Below are positions 29,440 through 38,772 of a DNA stretch of 64,000 nucleotides, piece by piece; the stretch's first letter is position 1; each line of letters begins with the position of its first letter. The notes under the pieces are model-generated. The model made no database searches. It was given only the letters and a program-made list of their open reading frames with translations, and had not been told where the DNA came from. This stretch comes from Thermoplasmata archaeon (GTDB lineage: Archaea; Thermoplasmatota; Thermoplasmata; Lutacidiplasmatales; UBA184): contig JASHPT010000012.1 of assembly GCA_030037955.1 (NCBI GenBank), forward strand, positions 2,429 to 66,428, written 5' to 3'. The position numbers and the translations under genes are program-made.

Positions 29440-29772
29440 CTACTCGAACGAGAAGTGCTTCTGCAGGATCGACCGCAGCTCGCGCGGACCCACGATACCC
29501 ACCTCGCGGCCCTTCTCCCGTCCTTCGTCCAGGAACACGTAGGTCGGGATCGTGTGGATCCCGAACAGGTTGGCCACGGTCGCCGAGTCGTTGACATTCA
29601 CCTTGGCGAACTTGACCCGCCCGGTCAGGGACTGGGAGAGCGACTCGAGGGAGACCTCGGCGGCGCGGGACGGAACGCTCCAGTCGGCGTAAAAGTCCAC
29701 GACGACCGGCAAGCGGGACCGGATCACCTCGTCCTCGAAGGTGTCGTCGGTCACCAGCAGGATCCCGCTCAT
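29440..29772 (-). CDS. thioredoxin-fold protein lacking active-site cysteines (WSVPS)
   Basis: DDTFEDEV...PVVVDFYADWSVPS...KVNV...FGIHTIPT. Confidence 0.85.
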   Translation of the reverse strand: MSGILLVTDDTFEDEVIRSRLPVVVDFYADWSVPSRAAEVSLESLSQSLTGRVKFAKVNVNDSATVANLFGIHTIPTYVFLDEGREKGREVGIVGPRELRSILQKHFSFE

Positions 29773-29848
29773 CACGCGTTGCCCATCGTCGCCGACGCGC
29801 GTTCGAGTTCGGGGTCGATTATAGCCTTGTGGTTCGTGCGGCAGCTCC

Positions 29849-30979
29849 GTGCGTCGGCGGAGCCGATCTCTTCGCGCCGCCCGTTCCCTCGGGGCCGACG
29901 CGCGCGTCCGGGCCCTGCTCGACTGGTTCCCGGACCACCGGCGCCCCCTTCCGTGGCGCCGACGACGCACGCCGTACCGGGTATGGGTCTCGGAAGTGAT
30001 GCTCCAGCAGACGCGGGTCGCCCAGGCGGTCCCGTACTTCGAGCGCTTCCTGCGTCGGTTCCCGAGCCTCCGGGTCCTGGCGGCCGCATCCGAGGAGCAG
30101 GTCTTGAAGGTCTGGGAGGGCGCCGGCTACTACGCCCGGGCCCGGAACCTCCATCGAGCGGCCCGTCAGCTGGTTCGTGAGCAGGGGGGTCGCATCCCGC
30201 GACGGTCCGCGGAGTTGCGGAAGCTGCCGGGCGTCGGGCCGTACATCGCGGCCGCCGTCGCCAGCCTGGCCTACGGCGAGCCCATCCTGGCGCTCGACTC
30301 CAACGGGCGACGCGTTCTGGCCCGCTGGACGCTCGAGCGCTCTGACCCGTCGTCGGCGAGGTTCTCCCGGCGCCTCGAACGCTGGGCCGTCCGCCACGTC
30401 CCGCCTGAGCGACTAGGGGAGTTCAACGAGGCGCTGATGGAACTCGGTGAGACCCTCTGCCGACCCACGGGGCCGCAGTGTGCCGTGTGCCCCGCGGCAT
30501 CCGCGTGCCGGGCCCGGCAGGAGCTGCCCGACCCGGGAGCGATTCCGTCCCGCCGACGGCGTGGACCCAAGCCCCTGGTGGTCGGCGCCGTCACCGCGAT
30601 CGAGCGCAGGGGACGCTGGCTGGTGCTGCGTCGGCCGTCGGCCGGTCTGCTCGGAGGACTCTGGGAGTTTCCCGGCGGGAAGCTGGAGCCCGGAGAGAGC
30701 CCGGAGGCCGCCGGACGCCGGGAGCTTCGAGAGGAGACCGGCCTCACCGTGGGCGTGTTGGAGCCCGTGGCGACCGTCCGCCACGAGTACAGTCACTTCC
30801 GGGTCGCCCTGCACCTGTTCCGGTCCCGGTCTCCCCGGGGGAGGCTCCGGGTCCGGGGCCGGCGGCATCGCTGGGTCGGCATGAGGGAACTCCGGCGGCT
30901 CCCCCTGCCCCGGGCCACGCTCAAGATGATCCCCTTCCTGCGACCGGCCCGGGACCCGGGTAGAGTTTCCCGGGGTTGA
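29849..30979 (+). CDS. mutY: A/G-specific adenine glycosylase with C-terminal Nudix domain
   Basis: PYRVWVSEVMLQQT, WEGAGYYARARNL, LPGVGPY, FCL CRPTGPQCAVCP...C, GLWEFPGGK. Confidence 0.93.
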   Translation: MRRRSRSLRAARSLGADARVRALLDWFPDHRRPLPWRRRRTPYRVWVSEVMLQQTRVAQAVPYFERFLRRFPSLRVLAAASEEQVLKVWEGAGYYARARNLHRAARQLVREQGGRIPRRSAELRKLPGVGPYIAAAVASLAYGEPILALDSNGRRVLARWTLERSDPSSARFSRRLERWAVRHVPPERLGEFNEALMELGETLCRPTGPQCAVCPAASACRARQELPDPGAIPSRRRRGPKPLVVGAVTAIERRGRWLVLRRPSAGLLGGLWEFPGGKLEPGESPEAAGRRELREETGLTVGVLEPVATVRHEYSHFRVALHLFRSRSPRGRLRVRGRRHRWVGMRELRRLPLPRATLKMIPFLRPARDPGRVSRG

Positions 30980-32309
30980 GGATACCGTCCGGGTCACAAC
31001 GTCGCTTGAACGCCTCGAGCAGCGATACCCCCACGTCCCCGTGCTCGAGGACGAGGTAGGGAGCCTTCACGAGGCCGACGCCGTGCTCGGCGCTGATGGT
31101 CCCGCCGAGTCGCTTGGTGAGCTCGAGCAGCTCCCGTCGGACGGTCGTCGCCCGCTCGGAGGCCGGGTCGAGGACGAAGCCGGGGTGGAGATTGCCATCG
31201 CCGAGGTGACCGAACAGCCGGGTCGGGACCTCGTGCCGGGCGCCGATCGCCTTGGTCCCCTCGATGAGCTCGTCGAGCCGGGACCACGGCACCGCGATGT
31301 CCTCGTGGATCCGCACACCCTCTTGCTCGATCGCATCGCCGCTCTGCCCCCGCAGTGTCCAGAGCTGGTCGGCGTCCGGAAAGACGACCGGGTCGCCGGA
31401 GAAGCCTGACCCGGCGAGCCGTTCCGCGGCGCGTTCAAGGTCCCGTTCCTCGTCGGCGACGGTCGTCTCCAGCTCGAGCAGGACGAGTGCACTGTCGCCC
31501 GGCAGGCGTCCCGAGGCGAATCGGCTGAGCGCGGCGGCGGTCGACCGGTCGAGGTACTCGATCGCCGCGAAGGCCGGAGCCGGGGAGGCCAGCAACCGGG
31601 GCAGGGTGGTTCGGAACGAAAGGTCGTCCGGGACGGGGAGCACCAGGCCGACCCGGCGCTCGGGCGTCGGAGCGAGGGACAGCGTGATCTCGGTGAACAG
31701 GCCGAGCGTTCCCTCGCTCCCGACGAAGAAGCCGAGGAGGTCCGGCCCGGTGGACGCCTTTCGCGTCCGATGGCCCACCCGCAGGAACTCGCCGGTACCG
31801 AGGACGACCTCGATGCCCCGGACCCAGGCCCGTGTGGAGCCGTAGCGGAGCGACCGGGGGCCGGAGGCATTGGTCGCCGTGTTTCCGCCGATGGTCGACA
31901 TCGCCCACGAGCCCGGATTCGGGGGAAAGAACAGTCCGTGTGGGAGCAGGGCCCGGTGAAGTTCCCGGTTCACGAGACCCGGACCCACTCGGACCAGGCG
32001 GTCCGCCTCGTCGACCTCGAGGATGCGGGTCCAGCCGGAGAAGTCCACGACGACGCCACCGGGCGGCGGGACGGACTCGCCGTCGAGCGAACTGCCACCC
32101 CCGCGGCCGACCAGAGGGACCTTCCATCGCCGGGCCCACTGCACGATCCGCTCGACGTCCTCCCGGTCCCGGGGAGCCACGGCGGCGGCCGGCGTCCCCA
32201 CGAGGTGCGAGGCATCGCTCGCGAACCGAGTGAGCGCCTCAGGATCGTCGGTGATCGTACCCGCCACCTCGTCCCGCAGCGCCGCCGCCGAGGAGGGAGA
32301 CAGAGGCAC
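30921..32309 (-). CDS. FAD-linked oxidase (GlcD/D-lactate dehydrogenase family)
   Basis: RGGGSSL.G, STIGGN, GSEGTLG, GH.GDGNLH, ISAEHGVG, DP.GILNPGK. Confidence 0.92.
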   Translation of the reverse strand: MPLSPSSAAALRDEVAGTITDDPEALTRFASDASHLVGTPAAAVAPRDREDVERIVQWARRWKVPLVGRGGGSSLDGESVPPPGGVVVDFSGWTRILEVDEADRLVRVGPGLVNRELHRALLPHGLFFPPNPGSWAMSTIGGNTATNASGPRSLRYGSTRAWVRGIEVVLGTGEFLRVGHRTRKASTGPDLLGFFVGSEGTLGLFTEITLSLAPTPERRVGLVLPVPDDLSFRTTLPRLLASPAPAFAAIEYLDRSTAAALSRFASGRLPGDSALVLLELETTVADEERDLERAAERLAGSGFSGDPVVFPDADQLWTLRGQSGDAIEQEGVRIHEDIAVPWSRLDELIEGTKAIGARHEVPTRLFGHLGDGNLHPGFVLDPASERATTVRRELLELTKRLGGTISAEHGVGLVKAPYLVLEHGDVGVSLLEAFKRRCDPDGILNPGKLYPGPGPVAGRGSS

Positions 32310-32363
32310 GGGGGCCCGGAGCGACCCACCGAGATAGGGCTGACGCCCGAACGTGGCGGGGTC

Positions 32364-32819
32364 TCACGGAGGCGCCGGCGTGTCCGGGCCGGCGGGCGCG
32401 GTCGGTTCTGCCGGCCCCGACGGGGCGGCGGGCGGGGCGGGCGGCGGTGTGCTCGGAGGAGCCGAGGGAGACGGGCTGACCGCGTTGAGCAGCTCCTGGA
32501 TCGCGAACGGCCGTCGTACCAGGGCCGCCACCCCGAGGGAGCGGGCCTGCGTGTCCAGCCGGGCCGACCGGGTCGGCGTGAGGAGCACGACTCGGGTTCC
32601 GGCGTTGGCCCGCAGGACCTCCGGGAGGAACTCGTGCCAGCTCGGCTCCTTGAGGTCGGTGTCGACCAGCAGCACTGGGTCGGGGACCTGGCGCAGCATC
32701 TCCAGAGCCTGGGGGGCGGAGGCGGTGGCGCCGACGATCCGATGCTGGTGCAGCCGGAGCAATCCCCGGAGGATCAGCTGGGCCTCCTCGGTGCCGCCGA
32801 CGATCACGACGTTCGCCAT
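32364..32819 (-). CDS. stand-alone atypical receiver (REC) domain protein
   Basis: REC pattern: NVVIV, VLLVD, VVLLT, LVRRPF; Pro-rich tail. Confidence 0.75.
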   Translation of the reverse strand: MANVVIVGGTEEAQLILRGLLRLHQHRIVGATASAPQALEMLRQVPDPVLLVDTDLKEPSWHEFLPEVLRANAGTRVVLLTPTRSARLDTQARSLGVAALVRRPFAIQELLNAVSPSPSAPPSTPPPAPPAAPSGPAEPTAPAGPDTPAPP

Positions 32820-33276
32820 CGGCTCACTGCCCTTCGTGCGTCGGCTCGCTCCTCTCGGCTCTCGTCCCGAGGACCCTCCCGGAGAGTCCGCGCCGGAGCC
32901 CGGCTCCGGTCGCTACGGGGTTCGAACGTCGTCCCGCCCGGCGGGCCGGCGTACCGCATCCGAAGGATGCGGGGGTGTCGGCTTGAAGGTTTCGCACGTG
33001 CGGGGGGCCGATGCGGGACACTGGATGCTTCGGTTGCGTCCGACCTCTCGACGGACCCCACGAGGCCCCGGAACCTTGACGGTGGCCACCCTCCGGAGGG
33101 GCCGGTAGCTATATAGTCTCTCGCGGTGTACGTAGGTCGGCCTCGGGTACCGGCGGAAAGCGTCTCTTGGTGGCACCGTCCAAGAGACCGAGAGCCTTTC
33201 CGCCGGGACCCACTTTTGGCCCCGTGATTCTCCTCGAACGATACTTTTTCTACTCCGGTCCGGCCCACGTTATTCG

Positions 33277-34041
33277 GTGCGGCTTCCGTTCTGGCCCCGG
33301 CGAGCTCCGGAGGAGCGGCGGCACGCCATCGCGACCCTGCAGTCGCTCGGCACGACGTCGATCGCGGGCCTGGCGGCGGCACTCTCCTGGTCCGTCCCAC
33401 GGACCGAACGCGTCCTCCAGGAGCTGGTTCGCCACGGTCCTCCCGGACTGATCTACGATTCCCGGTCCGGAACGATACGTTGGGGGACCCCGGCCGCCTC
33501 CCCCGCTCGGTCGACTGCGACCGTGCCCTCCTCCGCCCGTACTCCCGGCTGGATCACCGCCACGGCCCGCAGTTCAGGTCGTTCAGGTCCCGCGCCGGCC
33601 GCCCCCTCCGTCCCGCCACCGGTGACCCCCGAGTCGCGTAGCCGGCCGCCGGTATCCTCACCGGCACGTGCCCCGCCCTCCCCGGCCACCGACTACGCCC
33701 TGCGGGAGTGTACGAAGTGTCACATCCCGCTGGTGCCGACCGGCGCGCCGGAGGAGTTCGCCTGTCCGATGTGCGGTCGCACGGTGACGAGCACCGGGGC
33801 CCGGGTCTCGTCGGCCGCCGCCCGCCCTTCGGCTCCGCCCGGACCCGACCCGAGAATCCAGCAGTTGATCGCCGCCTGGGCCACGGGCCAGCCGGCGCCC
33901 TGCCCCCACTGTCACCAGCCGCTCCGTCACACGGCGGACGGCGAGTTCCGTTGCGGCTCGTGTGGCGCACGGATCTCGTACGGCACGGCCCCGGCCACCG
34001 CCGGAGCCCCGGCCACACCCGCCGCCGGGTCCGCGCTCTAG
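33277..34041 (+). CDS. hypothetical protein with N-terminal HTH-like region and C-terminal zinc ribbons
   Basis: SIAGLAAALSWSVPRTERVLQEL; CTKC/CPMC and CPHC/CGSC pairs. Confidence 0.65.
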   Translation: MRLPFWPRRAPEERRHAIATLQSLGTTSIAGLAAALSWSVPRTERVLQELVRHGPPGLIYDSRSGTIRWGTPAASPARSTATVPSSARTPGWITATARSSGRSGPAPAAPSVPPPVTPESRSRPPVSSPARAPPSPATDYALRECTKCHIPLVPTGAPEEFACPMCGRTVTSTGARVSSAAARPSAPPGPDPRIQQLIAAWATGQPAPCPHCHQPLRHTADGEFRCGSCGARISYGTAPATAGAPATPAAGSAL

Positions 34042-35564
34042 AACGGCGTCGACGCTCGAACGGCCGCTACGAGGGAGCCGTCGGCAATCCCCGAGGCGAC
34101 CCGGTCGATATCGGGGGCCGGTGAGCGGTCCTCTGCCCACGGCTGGACGTGCGCGCGCAGCACCCGCAGCGCCGTTTCGGTCCCCGTGCCTCCGTGCCGC
34201 GGATGTCGGAGCTCGAGGGCCTGTGCGGCGACGATCCACTCGACGGCGAGGATCCGTTGCACGTTGGTGACGACGGCACGCAGCTTCCGACCGGCCCAGG
34301 CCCCCATGCTGACGAAATCCTCCTGGTCGGCCGACGTCGGGAGACTGCTCGCGCTCGCCGGATGCACGAGCGTCTGGTTCTCGTTCACCAGGGCCGCTGC
34401 GAGGTACTGCGGGATCATGAAGCCGGAGGAACGGCCCGCGGTCGGCGCGAGGAATGCCGGGAGCCCGCGGTTCAGCGCCGGGTTCACGAGGCGTGCGATG
34501 CGGCGCTCCGAGAATGCTCCGAGGGTGTGGACCGCCATCGCGAGCGCGTCGAGGGCGAGCGCCAGCGTCTCTCCGTGGAAGTTGCCGCCGCTCACGAACT
34601 GGTCCTGGTCGAAGACGACCGGGTTGTCGGAGACGGCGTTGAGCTCCGGCGTCAGCACCCGTTCTGCATACTCGAGGCCCTGACGGCTCGCGGCCAGCAC
34701 CTGCGGGACGCACCGGAGCGTGTACGGGTCCTGTCCGTGCCATTCCGCGGTGGACATCGCGAGCTCGCTGCCGTGGAGCAGCGTTCGGAGAGCATCGGCC
34801 ACGGCCCGCTGCTCGGGCAGGTTCCGCAATGCCCCCAGCCGATCGTCGAGGCTGCTCGGGTCCCCGAGCAGTGCATCGAACGAGGTGGCCGCAGCCACCT
34901 CGGCGGCCGCCAGGAGCTCGGCTCCGTCCGCCACCGACAGGGCGAGATAGCTCGTCATGAGCGAAGTGCCGTTGACCAGCGCCACGCCCTCCTTCTCCTG
35001 GAGGTCGAGCGGGGCGAGGCCGAGCTGCTGAAGGACGGCCCGGGTCGGCACCCGCTGGCCGTCGGGCGTGAGGATCTCCCCCTCGCCGAACAGCGTCAGG
35101 GACAGATGGGCCAGCGGCGCGAGATCGCCGGACGCACCGACCGACCCTTGTTCGGGGACGTAGGGCACCAGGCCGCGATTGAGGTACTCGAGCAGCCGTT
35201 CCACGAGCACCGGACGGACTCCGGAGTGTCCCCGGCTCAGGGCGTTGGCCCGGAGCAACAGCATCCCGCGAACGACCTCCGGCGGCAGCGGCAGGCCGGT
35301 GCCGCTGGCGTGGCTCCGGAGCAGCGAGAGCTGGAGCTGACGCGCCTCCTGGGCCGGAATCACCTGGTTCGATAGGCTGCCGAATCCCGTCGTGACCCCG
35401 TAGACCGGCCGCCCGGCGGCGACCGCGCGTTCGACGGCGGCGCGACTGGCCGCGAGGGCGGGCCGTGCCTCCGGGGACAGGTTCACGGCCCGGCCGCCCC
35501 GGACGACCGCGATGAACTGACCGAGCGTCAGGGCGCGTCCGTCGACCGGGACGGGCTCGGTCAT
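34038..35564 (-). CDS. hutH: histidine ammonia-lyase
   Basis: VYGVTTGFG, SVGASGDLAPL (MIO-forming ASG), QDPYTLRC, SGGNFHG, QEDFVSM. Confidence 0.94.
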   Translation of the reverse strand: MTEPVPVDGRALTLGQFIAVVRGGRAVNLSPEARPALAASRAAVERAVAAGRPVYGVTTGFGSLSNQVIPAQEARQLQLSLLRSHASGTGLPLPPEVVRGMLLLRANALSRGHSGVRPVLVERLLEYLNRGLVPYVPEQGSVGASGDLAPLAHLSLTLFGEGEILTPDGQRVPTRAVLQQLGLAPLDLQEKEGVALVNGTSLMTSYLALSVADGAELLAAAEVAAATSFDALLGDPSSLDDRLGALRNLPEQRAVADALRTLLHGSELAMSTAEWHGQDPYTLRCVPQVLAASRQGLEYAERVLTPELNAVSDNPVVFDQDQFVSGGNFHGETLALALDALAMAVHTLGAFSERRIARLVNPALNRGLPAFLAPTAGRSSGFMIPQYLAAALVNENQTLVHPASASSLPTSADQEDFVSMGAWAGRKLRAVVTNVQRILAVEWIVAAQALELRHPRHGGTGTETALRVLRAHVQPWAEDRSPAPDIDRVASGIADGSLVAAVRASTPF

Positions 35565-35585
35565 GGGTGGCCGGGTGGGAGAGCG

Positions 35586-35629
35586 GGAAGGGAAAAAGGA
35601 GACCCCCGGGGAGTTCCGGCCCCCGGGGG
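35586..35629 (-). terminator. hairpin plus pyrimidine/U tract after sodN
   Basis: Minus strand CCCCCGGGG...CCCCGGGGG stem followed by TCTCCTTTTCCCTTCCC. Confidence 0.45.
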
Positions 35630-35648
35630 TACGGGTCGAGCGACCGCG

Positions 35649-36176
35649 CTAGGCCGGATAGACGATCTCGCCGCCGGACTTCTGCATGGACGGGGCGCGT
35701 CGCGTCTGGGCGCCCTTGGTCTTCCAGAACAGCTCGGCGAACTCCTGCACCTGCTTGACCAGCTCCTGGGCATCGGCCAGCGCGATGCCCTGCCGAGCCT
35801 TGGACGCCTGCTTCATGATCTTCCAGACCATCTCGTGAGCCTGCGGGTACTGCTTCGCGTGGTCGGGGGTGAAGTAGTCGCCCCAGATCACCCGAACCTC
35901 CTGCTTCACCTTCTCGGAGTGCTGCTCCTTGACGGCCGTGTATCGGGCGAGCTTCGAGGCATACGCCGCCCGGTCCTCCGGCTTTGCGTCCATGGCCGGC
36001 ATCGGGAGCTCGCCGATGAGCTGGTCCATGCGCAGGACGGTCAGCGCGGCGATCTGCGCCTCGTGCGGGTCATAAATACCGCACGGAATGTCGCAGTGCG
36101 CGTAGACCGTGCGCGGGGCGACCAGAGCGTCTACGAGTCGGTGTCCGAGTTCCGTGGACCAGATGCGGCCGGGCAT
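35649..36176 (-). CDS. sodN: nickel superoxide dismutase precursor
   Basis: Leader ending VYA followed by Ni-hook HCDIPCGIYDP; KEQHSE.VK, IWGDYF, FWKTK. Confidence 0.95.
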   Translation of the reverse strand: MPGRIWSTELGHRLVDALVAPRTVYAHCDIPCGIYDPHEAQIAALTVLRMDQLIGELPMPAMDAKPEDRAAYASKLARYTAVKEQHSEKVKQEVRVIWGDYFTPDHAKQYPQAHEMVWKIMKQASKARQGIALADAQELVKQVQEFAELFWKTKGAQTRRAPSMQKSGGEIVYPA

Positions 36177-36206
36177 GGCCCCGCGAGCCCGGAGAGTCGG
36201 ATAAGG

Positions 36207-36689
36207 ATGCCGGACGCGACTCCGGTATCCGTCCCGGACCCGCGTCCGGAACCTCGATGGCCGTTTCGCCGGATCCGGCACGTCCTCGTGGCCGACGAGA
36301 GCATGAGGCCAGCGCTCCGTCCGGGCGACCGGCTGCTTGTGGACCGGACCGCGTACCGCGAGGGACCCCCGCGGCTCGGTGACATCGTAGTTCTCGCGGA
36401 CCCGGCGCAGCCGGGCCGATGGCTCATCAAGCGCGTCGCTGCGGTCGGCCCTGGCCGGTTCTGGAAAACGCCCATCGGTCCCTTGCCGGCCGCGGGGCCG
36501 GACGTGGAGGAGACGCCCCCGCCCGGGCCGGCCGTCGAATCGGTCACCCTCGCTCCGTCCTCCGTGTACGTGCTCGGCGATGGCCCGGGATCCCGGGACA
36601 GCCGCGAGTTCGGCCCCGTCCCGCTGGCTGCTCTCGCGGGCCGGGCCTACCGATGCTATGCCCCACCCGACCGGCGCCGCGCATTGTAG
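36207..36689 (+). CDS. sodX: NiSOD maturation peptidase (S26 family)
   Basis: ESMRPALRPGDRLLV (Ser), LIKRV (Lys), GD...SRDSREFGPV; divergent from sodN. Confidence 0.85.
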   Translation: MPDATPVSVPDPRPEPRWPFRRIRHVLVADESMRPALRPGDRLLVDRTAYREGPPRLGDIVVLADPAQPGRWLIKRVAAVGPGRFWKTPIGPLPAAGPDVEETPPPGPAVESVTLAPSSVYVLGDGPGSRDSREFGPVPLAALAGRAYRCYAPPDRRRAL

Positions 36690-36710
36690 AGTTATACTCC
36701 AAGGCCGCAA

Positions 36711-36742
36711 GCCTTTAACCGATGTGGAATTTCGCCACATCG
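36711..36742 (+). promoter_or_regulatory. TATA box plus palindromic operator upstream of the Mo/W ABC operon
   Basis: CTTTAA followed by CGATGTGG-N7-CCACATCG ending at the ATG at 36743. Confidence 0.55.
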
Positions 36743-37891
36743 ATGTCCGGTTCGTCCTCGCCGTCTGCGTCGCCACCGACCGCCCCGCCGGCCACCGCCT
36801 CCCGATCCGTGGTCGTGATCGTCGTGATCCTGGTCGCCCTGGGCGGCGTCGGCCTGGGGTTCGTCGCCGGCTACGAGTACCGGGGATCCCCGGCGGCTGC
36901 ACCGAGCGTGGTAGCGAACGATACCCTCTCCATCCTGGGCGCCGGCACCCTCATCAACATCTTCCCCAGCCTAGCGTCTGCGCTGGTGAACTACACCCCG
37001 AACATCTCCGCGCCGTCCGCCGCGCAGACGTACGAGGGCTCGCTCGACATCACGACCGCGATCACGACCCTGGCCTCGAAGGCCGATGTCGCCGCGGTCG
37101 CGGACTTCCGCCTCATCCCCTCGCTGCTCCAGCCCAAGTTCGCGAGCTACGAGGTCGTCTTTGGGACCACCGCCGAGGTGCTCTGTTACAACCCGTCCCT
37201 CAGCGTCTTCGACGGCATCAACTCGACCAACTGGGCGTGGAAACTCGTCCAGGACGTGAAGACTCCCGGCAATGCACCGTTCGCGATCTGGAACGCCTCG
37301 TCCGACCCGAACGGCTACAACGAGATCTTCAGCCTCATGCTCCAGGGCCTGCTCTACAACGACAGCGCCTCGATCTTCTACAACACGTTCTACTCCGGCG
37401 GGTCGTCGAGCCCGGCGGTCGGGAACTCGTCCACGACCGTGCTCGAGCACGAGTCGCACGCCACCAGCCTGCTGGCGGACGGCACGGCCTCCGCCCTGAT
37501 CACCTACCGGGCCTTCGCTGTCACGGACGCCGGCTGTCCCGCGTACGTCGAGATGAATCCGATCGTCGGCCTGGAGGCGAACAACTCCACCGCGCTCGCG
37601 GAGTACGCGAAGCTCTCCACGACGCTGTACTCGTCCTCGGGGGGGTACGCGACGGCAGTGCCCGCCCCCATCCTGTTCTCCGTGACAGTGCCGTCGAACG
37701 CGCCGAACCCGGCCCTCGGCGCCGCCTTCATCCATCTCCTGCTCTCTCCCCTGGGAGCGAAGATCCTCTCGGCCAACGGAGCCTTCGACGTCATCTTCCC
37801 CGGCTGGTCGAATGACCCCTCGGCGGTGCCGTCGGTTTTAGCCCCCGACGTGGTGGCCCTGCCATCGTGGGCGAGTCCGTTCCTGAGCTGA
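36743..37891 (+). CDS. tungstate/molybdate ABC transporter substrate-binding protein (WtpA-like)
   Basis: N-terminal TM anchor; AGTL, GSL, ADV..VAD, DPNGY, PI.FSVTVPSNAPN. Confidence 0.8.
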   Translation: MSGSSSPSASPPTAPPATASRSVVVIVVILVALGGVGLGFVAGYEYRGSPAAAPSVVANDTLSILGAGTLINIFPSLASALVNYTPNISAPSAAQTYEGSLDITTAITTLASKADVAAVADFRLIPSLLQPKFASYEVVFGTTAEVLCYNPSLSVFDGINSTNWAWKLVQDVKTPGNAPFAIWNASSDPNGYNEIFSLMLQGLLYNDSASIFYNTFYSGGSSSPAVGNSSTTVLEHESHATSLLADGTASALITYRAFAVTDAGCPAYVEMNPIVGLEANNSTALAEYAKLSTTLYSSSGGYATAVPAPILFSVTVPSNAPNPALGAAFIHLLLSPLGAKILSANGAFDVIFPGWSNDPSAVPSVLAPDVVALPSWASPFLS

Positions 37892-38772
37892 ACCCCGCGG
37901 GGGAGAGCGGGCCGCCGGTCGCCCGCCGGCGCTGGCGGGCCGGCGGGCTCTGGACCGGACTTCAGGTCGTTCTCTCGGCGTCGCTGCTGCTGCTCTTCCT
38001 ACTCCCGATCGTCGCGCTCTTCACCTACGCCCCGGTCTCGCACATCTTCGGGGCCGCGTCGAACGTCAATGTCCGAGCGGCGCTCTGGCTCACCTTCCTC
38101 GCCTCGGGCGTGGCCGTCCTCGCCGCGATCGTCTTCGGGATCCCCCTCGGCTATCTCCTGGCCCGACGGGCCTTCCCGGGCCGCGGCGTCGTCGAGGCGT
38201 TCGTCGCGCTTCCGGTCGTGATCCCCCATCTCCTCGTCGGCCTCGGCCTGTTCCTGCTCTTCATCCCGGGAACGCCGCTGTTCCGGTTCAGCCAGTCGAT
38301 CGGCTTCCCCGTCTACGACACGATCTGGGGCGTGGTGCTGGTGATGGTCTTCGTGAGCGCCCCCTACACGGTGCTCGCCAGCATGCTCTCCTTCCGCGCG
38401 GTCGATGGCCGGGTGCTGGAAGCCGCCCGGTCCCTCGGCGCGGGCAGCGCCGTCGCTTTTCTGACCGTCACCTTCCCGCTGGCGCTTCGGGGGATCGTGG
38501 CCGGGCTCCTGCTCTCGTGGGCGCGGGCCGTGAGCGAGATCGGCGGTCTGCTCGTCATCGCGTACGCGGTCTACCCGGGGGGCCTCTACACGGGCCCGGT
38601 CACGTCCACGATCTCGATCTACATCTACGACGAGTTCCAGGGCGGGAACCTGAGCGGCGCGGCCGCGGTGAGCTCGCTCTTTCTCTTGATGGCCTTCGCG
38701 CTGTTCCTGCTCGTCCGGGTGGGAGAGCGATCCGGCTGGCTGCCGTGGCACCGGGGGGAGCTCGCGCCATGA
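37867..38772 (+). CDS. Mo/W ABC transporter permease
   Basis: LPVVIPH, EAARSLGA (EAA loop), WARAVSE.G. Confidence 0.88.
   Translation: MGESVPELNPAGESGPPVARRRWRAGGLWTGLQVVLSASLLLLFLLPIVALFTYAPVSHIFGAASNVNVRAALWLTFLASGVAVLAAIVFGIPLGYLLARRAFPGRGVVEAFVALPVVIPHLLVGLGLFLLFIPGTPLFRFSQSIGFPVYDTIWGVVLVMVFVSAPYTVLASMLSFRAVDGRVLEAARSLGAGSAVAFLTVTFPLALRGIVAGLLLSWARAVSEIGGLLVIAYAVYPGGLYTGPVTSTISIYIYDEFQGGNLSGAAAVSSLFLLMAFALFLLVRVGERSGWLPWHRGELAP

Noticed and set aside
32912-32940. GGTTCGAA resembling a tRNA T-loop
   Set aside because: No T-stem, acceptor or anticodon arm can be formed around it
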